Part shown: piece by piece, positions 20,171-27,673 of the stretch
How the letters are laid out: each line of letters starts with the position of its first letter
Numbering within the stretch: position 1 is the stretch's first letter
Origin: Candidatus Micrarchaeota archaeon
Lineage (GTDB): Archaea; Micrarchaeota; Micrarchaeia; Anstonellales; J096
Assembly (NCBI GenBank): GCA_026982895.1
Contig: JALWQW010000016.1
Span: forward strand, 1 to 54,282
Direction: 5' to 3'
Length of the DNA stretch: 54,282 nt
Made by a program: the position numbers and the translations under genes
Notes under the pieces: model-generated
The model's input: the letters and a program-made list of their open reading frames with translations, nothing else
Databases searched by the model: none
What the model was told of the DNA's origin: nothing

Positions 20171-20931
20171 GGCAAACTTATCTCTGTGTCTATGTTCCCC
20201 ATATTGCCGTAGAAGTCTTCTTGGCTGCATACCTTTCCGTCGATTTTGAATACAGAACTGTCGTAGGGCACAACCTCGCAGGATACGCTTCCCTTTTGTC
20301 CTTCATCCAACTGTTGGCTTATATCCACATCAAATTCATCCGCGTTTTCGTTTATATATGCTTCAAAATCCTCGCCTTCCAAACTTGAATTGCTGTCCAT
20401 TTCCAACCAGTCGCAGTTTAATCCTTCGCCGAACGCTTGGCCCTTCAAATATGTTTTTTCATACAGAGTGTTGCCTTCGCTGTATTCAATGCTTACGGTT
20501 CTCACGACGGTTTCTTTTCCTGTCATGGCATCTTTGCCTACTATGGAACCGCCTGTGTAGTATTTCCCTGTGCTTGAATCATAGTAACTGTAGACATCAT
20601 ATTTGCCTGTCCCTTCTTCTCCTGTTACATCCAATGTGCAGTGGAGCATCTTGCCCTCTTTGCTTATGTCGTAGATGTTTGGCATATTCGTGCTCCCTTC
20701 GTTGGTTCCAGCGCTTCCTTCTCCTGCGTTTCCTGTTGTTTCGCCGCTGCTTGTTTCACTGTTACCATTTGTTCCTTCAAGCTCATTACTACTGCCAGTA
20801 TCGCTAGCCGTCGGCTTTTGATTGGATACATGGCTTGGCTGCTTTGCTTCTTCAGGCTGTTCTAAACAGCCAGCTCCTATTATGAAGGAGAAAGCGAGCA
20901 AAACCACTATTGTGTAGATTATTGCTTTCAT
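20167..20931 (-). CDS. Putative lipoprotein with low-complexity S/G/T/N linker
   Basis: Signal ending IIGAGC; long disordered linker then Cys-containing globular domain. Confidence 0.75.
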   Translation of the reverse strand: MKAIIYTIVVLLAFSFIIGAGCLEQPEEAKQPSHVSNQKPTASDTGSSNELEGTNGNSETSSGETTGNAGEGSAGTNEGSTNMPNIYDISKEGKMLHCTLDVTGEEGTGKYDVYSYYDSSTGKYYTGGSIVGKDAMTGKETVVRTVSIEYSEGNTLYEKTYLKGQAFGEGLNCDWLEMDSNSSLEGEDFEAYINENADEFDVDISQQLDEGQKGSVSCEVVPYDSSVFKIDGKVCSQEDFYGNMGNIDTEISLP

Positions 20932-20975
20932 AACATCACCAACGCTGATTGATTAGAATGGTTTAAAAACTTTCA

Positions 20976-21500
20976 CTAATGCTTTTCGTTTTGGGAAGCT
21001 CTAGAATCTTTCTTCTTAAATATGTCGGCAGCCCTCTCCTTTTTCACAACCTTAACCATAGCCTTCTCGGCCAATTCATTATATTTCTTTTTTATGCTTC
21101 TAAATCTATTAGCGTATTTGCTGAATGCCATTCTAGCAGCTGCATAAGCATCTCTAGCATGGACATCACTTATTTTATACCTGTAACTGTCCTTCCTCGC
21201 TTTGCTTATATTTTTCGTTGGCACGATGAGTGTAGCTCCAAAACGGGCTGCTATTAAGCTAACCATTGCAGGCGGTTTTTCTACATCTGTCGCTATAATC
21301 ACCGGCGTGCCGTATCGCTCTAAGAGCTCCACTATACTTTTTTCCCCAAGCTGCTTCCAGCTTTTTGCTATTAAAAGCCTGCCTTCTAAATCCAATATAG
21401 CTATGCCTGTATACAAACCAGGGTCCAAACCGACAATGATGAAGGGCTTTTCTATGTTATCCCTCTTCTTTTGGCGCTTTTTGTGGATACACAACTTCAT
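20976..21500 (-). CDS. DUF460 family RNase H-fold protein (short form)
   Basis: IIVGLDPGLYTGIAILDLEG, YGTPVIIATDV, HARDAYAAA. Confidence 0.85.
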   Translation of the reverse strand: MKLCIHKKRQKKRDNIEKPFIIVGLDPGLYTGIAILDLEGRLLIAKSWKQLGEKSIVELLERYGTPVIIATDVEKPPAMVSLIAARFGATLIVPTKNISKARKDSYRYKISDVHARDAYAAARMAFSKYANRFRSIKKKYNELAEKAMVKVVKKERAADIFKKKDSRASQNEKH

Positions 21501-22650
21501 TCGGCATTATCCTTTTTCCAGCATCTACGACTGTTCCGGGCATAATACTGGCGTTTATGCCAATCTTAACCTTCTCTCCTATAATGGCGCCGAACTTCTT
21601 CTTTCCAGTGTCTATAAGCTTTCCTTTTCTCATTACCTTCACGGTTTTATCGTCGAAGCGCAAGTTGGCAACTTTTGCTCCTCCGCCGAAGTTAACATCC
21701 TTGCCGACGACACTATCGCCTATATATGATAGGTGTTTAGCATAAGTTCTCAGCATGAGATAACTTCTAACGACGCTCGTGCCTGTGCCTATATACGAGC
21801 CCGCGCCCACCATACTTTTATTTACATAAGTGAATGGGCCGATATGAGCTCCTCTGCCTATATAAGCAGGCCCTTCTATAACCGCATTATCTATTACAGC
21901 ATCTTTCTCTACAATTACTTTACCTCTCAATGTGGAGTTTATTACCTCCCCTTCTCTCTTTTCAGGCAGCTGCTCCATCGTTATATTGAAGGCGTCTATT
22001 AGATGCCATGGATATGCGATGTCTATCCACTCCTTCATAGTAGCCAAAGCCCTAAATCCTGGCAGCAGGTCTGTGAATTCGTATTCTCCGCGGGGGGAGG
22101 GCTTTATCTTCTCCAATTTGGCAAATATGTCTTCGTGCACTGCATATATACCTAGGTTGGCGAAGCCCTCCTTTATATCCTTTGGCTTTTCTTTTGCCGT
22201 CATAACCTTTCCACATTTTAGCGACAGGACACCGAAGCGCGAAACATCTTTTAGGTATTTTACGACGACTGTATTCTCGCCCTTCCACATCCTGACGACA
22301 TCCTTGTATATGCTCCAATCTAGGACATGGTCGCCAGATGCTATTAAGAAGGGCTTATCTATGTACTCTTTAGCCAGCAGCACGGCGTGGCCCGTTCCCT
22401 TTGCCTCCTTTTGCTCTATGCTGTGGGCTCCCTGATTTTCTATATAATGCTGCAATGCTTCACTACCTTTGCGAGTTATCACATATATGTCTTTTATGCC
22501 CGCAGCTTTTAGGCCGTCTATAATTCTGCCTATTATTGGTTTTCCTGCTATAGGTAGTAGTGGTTTGGGCACCTCTTCAGTTGTTATGGGGTAGAGGCGC
22601 GTTCCATTGCCCCCTGCAAGTATCAATCCTATTTTTATGTCATTCTTCAT
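21457..22650 (-). CDS. Bifunctional sugar-1-phosphate nucleotidyltransferase/acetyltransferase (GlmU-like)
   Basis: LAGGNGTRLYP, PKPLLPIAGKP, SPRGEYEFTD, hexapeptide repeats, HLSYIGDSVVG, ANLRFD. Confidence 0.9.
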   Translation of the reverse strand: MKNDIKIGLILAGGNGTRLYPITTEEVPKPLLPIAGKPIIGRIIDGLKAAGIKDIYVITRKGSEALQHYIENQGAHSIEQKEAKGTGHAVLLAKEYIDKPFLIASGDHVLDWSIYKDVVRMWKGENTVVVKYLKDVSRFGVLSLKCGKVMTAKEKPKDIKEGFANLGIYAVHEDIFAKLEKIKPSPRGEYEFTDLLPGFRALATMKEWIDIAYPWHLIDAFNITMEQLPEKREGEVINSTLRGKVIVEKDAVIDNAVIEGPAYIGRGAHIGPFTYVNKSMVGAGSYIGTGTSVVRSYLMLRTYAKHLSYIGDSVVGKDVNFGGGAKVANLRFDDKTVKVMRKGKLIDTGKKKFGAIIGEKVKIGINASIMPGTVVDAGKRIMPNEVVYPQKAPKEEG

Positions 22651-23140
22651 ATTCTTCCTCGTTTGCAAATTCTATGGGCAGAGATGCTAAGCGTGCATAG
22701 TAGTTGTCTTTGGACAGCGTGCTTAGAAGCTTGTCAAAGCCCAGCCATGCCAAATACCATGAGGGGAACAAGGCGAAGTCATACAAAGGCTCCAGCGCCG
22801 ATATGTGCATCTCCAGCCAGAGCAAGCCTAAGTAAATGATAAACCCGATTAAAAAATAAGCAATCCCCTGCTCTCGCCTGCTTTTAATCTCTCTTCTTAT
22901 CCTTTCTGCCTGCTGCCTAAAAAAGCCTTTGAGCCTTTTGGCCACCTTCTTCTCGTCCTTTTTTACTCTCCTATATTTTGGCACTGTGAATATAATTCTT
23001 TTTGGGTAGGGCGTCTGCTCTAGTCGTCTCCTAAGCTCATGTATTAAGTCTATCGATATCGCCCTTTCTTTGTATTCGCGTATATCAAAGTCTGAGAATA
23101 TATCGTCGTAGCTGTCCAACGCTATTAGCAACTCTTCCAC
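22640..23140 (-). CDS. Conserved hypothetical membrane protein (2 TM)
   Basis: IALDSYDDIFSDFD.R....R.IS.D motif followed by two hydrophobic helices. Confidence 0.7.
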   Translation of the reverse strand: MEELLIALDSYDDIFSDFDIREYKERAISIDLIHELRRRLEQTPYPKRIIFTVPKYRRVKKDEKKVAKRLKGFFRQQAERIRREIKSRREQGIAYFLIGFIIYLGLLWLEMHISALEPLYDFALFPSWYLAWLGFDKLLSTLSKDNYYARLASLPIEFANEEEYEE

Positions 23141-23190
23141 GCTTTGGAATGGGGATTAAGCTTTAAAAAAGCTCCTCCTATCAAAGTCGT

Positions 23191-23200
23191 TATATATAAA
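23191..23200 (+). promoter_or_regulatory. TATA box upstream of the C/D sRNA
   Basis: TATATATAAA ~20-25 nt before the predicted sRNA 5' end. Confidence 0.6.
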
Positions 23201-23217
23201 AAGCTTTCCATTCAACC

Positions 23218-23300
23218 ACCCTGTGATGACCATCGGATCTTCTGACGGCTTAGCTCTCGTGGCTTTTGCCAAGGATGACGATCTTGAGTGCTGAGGGGGT
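23218..23300 (+). ncRNA. Box C/D guide sRNA (dual guide; predicted targets C34 and U39 of tRNA-Leu(CAA))
   Basis: C box GTGATGA 23223-29, 12-nt guide, D' CTGA 23242-45, hairpin spacer, C' GGATGA 23273-78, 12-nt guide, D CTGA 23291-94; terminal CCC/GGG stem. Confidence 0.85.
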
Positions 23301-23303
23301 ATA

Positions 23304-24428
23304 ATGAAGAGGGTATTGAATAAAATCATATTTCTGCTTCATACGAAGAAGTTTGAGTATGTGTCTATAATATTTTTGAGGACTCTTGCCCTCTCTTTAA
23401 TAAGCGTCTTCGTTCCGCTTTATATTTATTCCACCGGCGCGGGTATGGTCGGCGTTGCCTTCTATTTAATGTTTTATGGCTTGGCTTCACTTATAGGGAG
23501 TTTGTTTACAGCTCATTACATAAAGCATCATGGCATAACCCATCTAATTGTATTGTCTATTTTCTTCTTCATGGCAGGACTTTATTTCCTGTATTCCAGC
23601 GCTTCTTTACTCTTCATTATATTGGCGGCGATATTCCTCCGTGTGTCTGAGATTGTATTCTGGGCGCCTTTGCATGCCCTCTTTCCCTTTATAACGAGGC
23701 ATAAGGAGAGGACTTTTGGTTTGGAGATGGCCCTCATCCTTTTGACGCCTTTCTTAGGCCCCTTAATCGGTGCTTACATTATAGATGTTGTTAATTATGC
23801 TGCCCTCTTCTTTTTAGCATCAGTTGTTTACCTTACCTCTGTTATTCCCCTTCGTGATATTAAGAGAGTGCATAAGGTGGATATACCTCTTAAGCATTAT
23901 AACCTTTCTTTTAGATATGCTTTAGAGGGTTTTAGGACAGCCGCTTTATCCTATGTTTGGCCACTGTTTTTATTTGTCAATGTCCTTTTTAGAGTCGATG
24001 AAGTTGCTTCTGTGAATGCCGTTATTGCCTTGGTTGGCGGAGTAACATCTCTATGGGTTGCTGCTAGATTAAAGGACGGGATGAAAAAATTCGTCGGGAA
24101 GCTCGGTGCTTATCTTCATAGCATAAGCATACTTCTTAGAGCATTCCCCTCTTCTTTTGTTGTAACCTCCCTTATATCTGCTGCCGGTGCTGCAGGTTAT
24201 GCCTTCATCCAGCCGGTGTATATGGGTGTTTATTATAACAGGGTTAAGAAGAGTTTTGAGGAGATTCTCGCTAGAGAAAATTCCATAGGCGTCGGCTTAT
24301 TCACAGGCGGTTTTATTATAGTGCTGGGTTTATCCCTCGGCGCATCTAACAGCTTGGCGTGGGTTATTGGCTTAGCGTCGCTTACCTCTGCTTACTTCGG
24401 CTGGAAGGTCGTTGGAGAGGCTAAGTGA
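23304..24428 (+). CDS. MFS transporter
   Basis: About 12 TM helices; SVFVPLYIY and LGPLIGAYII MFS-type motifs. Confidence 0.85.
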   Translation: MKRVLNKIIFLLHTKKFEYVSIIFLRTLALSLISVFVPLYIYSTGAGMVGVAFYLMFYGLASLIGSLFTAHYIKHHGITHLIVLSIFFFMAGLYFLYSSASLLFIILAAIFLRVSEIVFWAPLHALFPFITRHKERTFGLEMALILLTPFLGPLIGAYIIDVVNYAALFFLASVVYLTSVIPLRDIKRVHKVDIPLKHYNLSFRYALEGFRTAALSYVWPLFLFVNVLFRVDEVASVNAVIALVGGVTSLWVAARLKDGMKKFVGKLGAYLHSISILLRAFPSSFVVTSLISAAGAAGYAFIQPVYMGVYYNRVKKSFEEILARENSIGVGLFTGGFIIVLGLSLGASNSLAWVIGLASLTSAYFGWKVVGEAK

Positions 24429-24554
24429 AATTGTATATTGAGCAGTGAAACGTTGCTTTTTTGGCTCTAATTTTTTTCTATATGTGTAAGATTTAGAGAA
24501 TAAACCCTAAGATTATGTTTAGAAGTTTATAAATATTTCTTTTCACAAACATAC

Positions 24555-27500
24555 ATGACACCTGAACCCAAGCCGCCTGAAACCTATAGTAGGAAGATAA
24601 CATCTCAATCACCACAAAGGAAACTAAAAAGTGCTGAGGAGGAGCTTCTCGAGAGAAGCTTCCCCAAGGATTTACCCGGGAAGCTCAAAAGCACCATCAT
24701 AAAAAGAATCCTCCAAAATCTCCCAAAGAATCCAATTCAAAGAGAGGCTGCGTTGGATAAGATCTCCAGAGCGTTTAGTAACCTCCCTTTTAAGAAGGAG
24801 TTAAAAACAGCTGTTTTCAAAGCCCTCACCAATCCAGACATAGCTAAGCTTTTCACAAAAGACCCCGATAAGCTTATATTTTATTTCAAAAAGATAGCAG
24901 AAGCAGCAGACTATTATGCACGTAATGATGCCTTCCAAGCCCTCACAAATCCAAACATAGCCAAGCTATTTACTCAGTACCCAGATAAGTTCGTAGGAAT
25001 AGCACAAGGAGCTGGATGGAACACACCTGATGCCTTCCAAGCCCTCACAATTCCAGAAGTAGCTAAGCTCTTCTCTCAATACCCAGATAAGTTCGTAGGA
25101 ATAGCACAAGGAGCAGGCGATTATACGCATAAAGCCTTCCAAGCCCTCACAAATCCAAACATAGCCAAGCTATTTACTCAGTACCCAGATAAGTTCGTAG
25201 GAATAGCACAAGGAGCTGGATGGAACACACCTGATGCCTTCCAAGCCCTCACAAATCCAAACATAGCCAAGCTCTTCTCTCAATACCCAGACAAGTTCGT
25301 AGAAATAGCTAAAATGGCAAGAAGAGGTACTGATTATGCCTTCCAAGCCCTCACAAATCCAAACATAGCCAAGCTCTTCTCTCAATACCCAGATAAGTTC
25401 GTAGGAATAGCACAAGGAGCTGGATGGAACACACCTGATGCCTTCCAAGCCCTCACAAATCCAAACATAGCCAAGCTCTTCTCTCAATACCCAGACAAGT
25501 TCGTAGAAATAGCTAAAATGGCAAGAAGAGGTACTGATTATGCCTTCCAAGCCCTCACAAATCCAAACATAGCCAAGCTATTTACTCAGTACCCAGATAA
25601 GTTCGTAGGAATAGCACAAGGAGCAGGCTATCATACTGGTAATGCCTTCCAAGCCCTCACAATTCCAGAAGTAGCTAAGCTCTTCTCTCAATACCCCGAT
25701 AAGTTCGTAGGAATAGCACAAGGAGCAGGCTATCATACTGGTAATGCCTTCCAAGCCCTCACAAATCCAAACATAGCTAAACTATTCACAAAAGACCCCG
25801 ATAAGCTCATATTTTATTTCAAAAAGATAGCAGAAGCAGTAGGCGATTATACTGGTAATGCCTTCCAAGCCCTCACAAATCCAAACATAGCTAAACTATT
25901 CACAAAAGACCCCGATAAGCTTATCTTCTATTTCAAAAAAGTAATTAAAGTAGCAAAAAAGGGTGCATATTATACCTTCAAATCCCTCGCAATTCCAGAC
26001 ATAGCTAAACTATTCACAAAAGACCCCGATAAGCTTATTTCCTATTTCAAAAAGATAGCAGAAGTAGGTAGAAAAAGTGCGTATTATACCTACCCAATCC
26101 ACCCAGATATGATGATGGGTGCATATTATACCTTCAAATCCCTCGCAATTCCAGACATAGCTAAACTTTTCATTAAAGACCCCGATAAGCTTATCTTCTA
26201 TTTCAAAAAAGTAATTAAAGTAGCAAAAAAGGGTGCATATTATACCTTCAAATCCCTCGCAATTCCAGAAGTAGCTAAACTCTTCATTAAGTATGCCAAA
26301 GGAGAGATAAAACCAATATCGTTTTACGCTCCTTTAATAGGAAGCACGTATAGCTATGCTATAGAGCTTGGTCGGCCTTTAGATGATTTACACGATAGGC
26401 CAAAGAAGAGAATAAAATACTTGAACTCCTTAAAGGATTATGAAGTATTGGGCTTATTACTATCAAACCCATCTCTCTTCTATACCTCTACTAACCATCT
26501 GCTATTTGATAGATTACAGAGAAATCTCAGAGGGAAGAAACTTACAACCTATTTGAAAGAGTTAGGCATATGGGATAATACGCCGCTAATGCTTAATCTC
26601 TTATTTAGAGCAGCAAACTATGGCAGACTATTTGGAGGTTCAAAGCCCTTATTCAAGCCATCTGAAAGCAAAGAGGTTCTAGATCTAATGTTTGAGCCTC
26701 TCCACTCACAGAAATTTGACTCAAAATACTATTATCTCCTAGCCAACACAATTGAAAACCTTACTTACATTAAGAGAAGTAGCTCCATCTTACCCTATAT
26801 TGAAAAAGTGCTAAAAGATGAATTGTCAAAGTCCAAAGGAGCAAAGAAGGAGGCTATTTCTTATCTTCTAAGGTTCGTAGAAGACCCCAACATGAGAAAA
26901 GAAACAGAATTAAACCTAAAAAAATTCACTGACAACGGTAAGCTAACCATTGTTCAAGTTTTCAAGGAAGGGGATACTACTGGAAAAGGTTCCGATCATT
27001 GGCATTTAACTATTAAAGACTTTACTAAAAGTTGGATGCATAACAAAGTAATAAAAATAGATGACAAAAATTACAAGATAGAAACAAAGGATTTCATCAT
27101 GCTACTTCATTTAGGGGACAGTGAAAACAACGAGAAATACACTCAAGAGGTCCTAAAGAAATACAAAAATGTAATACTCACGTTTAGAGGGCACAGCTAC
27201 AGCTTGGAAAGCAGCATACCTACAGATATTTTCAAAAATAAAAACAGCGGACATGTCCTTTTCATTCCAGGAAGCTGTGGAAGTGCTGGTTCTATACCTC
27301 TATACTTATCAAACGCTAATCCAAAACTTGACATCACATTCATTGCTAATACATCTACAGGAAGAGGTCAAGTAACAAACGCTTTACTCTATTATATGAT
27401 CAAGCTTTACAAGCAGGGATGGCATGGACCTTTCAGAGAATTGGTGAGTAGATATGCAGCTGAATCTATTAACCTTCAAGGTGGGGATCCAGCCACATTG

Positions 27501-27575
27501 AAGTACAATAGCTTAGGAGAGAGGCTAATTTCTGAGCTTAATAAAGTTAATGTGCTTAATTCCTTCAATCAATGA
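24555..27575 (+). CDS. Tandem 34/38-aa helical-repeat protein with C-terminal putative clan CD (caspase/gingipain-like) cysteine peptidase domain
   Basis: About 14 repeats AFQALTNPNIAKLF.QYPDKFV.IA..A.xxTxx; C-terminal VILTFRGHSY (His880) and VLFIPGSCGS (Cys908); TTTATAAA ~25 nt upstream. Confidence 0.8.
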   Translation: MTPEPKPPETYSRKITSQSPQRKLKSAEEELLERSFPKDLPGKLKSTIIKRILQNLPKNPIQREAALDKISRAFSNLPFKKELKTAVFKALTNPDIAKLFTKDPDKLIFYFKKIAEAADYYARNDAFQALTNPNIAKLFTQYPDKFVGIAQGAGWNTPDAFQALTIPEVAKLFSQYPDKFVGIAQGAGDYTHKAFQALTNPNIAKLFTQYPDKFVGIAQGAGWNTPDAFQALTNPNIAKLFSQYPDKFVEIAKMARRGTDYAFQALTNPNIAKLFSQYPDKFVGIAQGAGWNTPDAFQALTNPNIAKLFSQYPDKFVEIAKMARRGTDYAFQALTNPNIAKLFTQYPDKFVGIAQGAGYHTGNAFQALTIPEVAKLFSQYPDKFVGIAQGAGYHTGNAFQALTNPNIAKLFTKDPDKLIFYFKKIAEAVGDYTGNAFQALTNPNIAKLFTKDPDKLIFYFKKVIKVAKKGAYYTFKSLAIPDIAKLFTKDPDKLISYFKKIAEVGRKSAYYTYPIHPDMMMGAYYTFKSLAIPDIAKLFIKDPDKLIFYFKKVIKVAKKGAYYTFKSLAIPEVAKLFIKYAKGEIKPISFYAPLIGSTYSYAIELGRPLDDLHDRPKKRIKYLNSLKDYEVLGLLLSNPSLFYTSTNHLLFDRLQRNLRGKKLTTYLKELGIWDNTPLMLNLLFRAANYGRLFGGSKPLFKPSESKEVLDLMFEPLHSQKFDSKYYYLLANTIENLTYIKRSSSILPYIEKVLKDELSKSKGAKKEAISYLLRFVEDPNMRKETELNLKKFTDNGKLTIVQVFKEGDTTGKGSDHWHLTIKDFTKSWMHNKVIKIDDKNYKIETKDFIMLLHLGDSENNEKYTQEVLKKYKNVILTFRGHSYSLESSIPTDIFKNKNSGHVLFIPGSCGSAGSIPLYLSNANPKLDITFIANTSTGRGQVTNALLYYMIKLYKQGWHGPFRELVSRYAAESINLQGGDPATLKYNSLGERLISELNKVNVLNSFNQ
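24813..26290 (+). repeat. Intragenic tandem array: eight 102-bp units (starts 24930, 25032, 25134, 25236, 25338, 25440, 25542, 25644) flanked by 114-117-bp variants
   Basis: GCCTTCCAAGCCCTCACAA recurs every 102 bp; longer KDPDKLIFYFKK-type units start at 24813, 25746, 25860, 25974 (with a 42-bp insertion), 26130; partial unit at 26244. Confidence 0.95.
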
Positions 27576-27673
27576 AAATGCCGACTTGTGTTTTTATCAT
27601 TTTCTTCCTTTATAGTTAGTTTAAGACCATTAATGCGAAGTTAGCAAAACCTTTTAATTCTTCCTCCTCTAAA

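Noticed and set aside
24930-25860. 102-bp repeats as a CRISPR array or true TALE
   Set aside because: Repeats are in-frame coding units without unique spacers and no cas genes are present. The amino-acid sequence lacks the TALE consensus (LTPxQVVAIAS..GGKQALETVQRLLPVLCQ); only the length and logic are similar.
24555-27575. Diversity-generating retroelement target
   Set aside because: No reverse transcriptase or TR/VR pair in the window, and differences between units are block swaps, not adenine-specific substitutions
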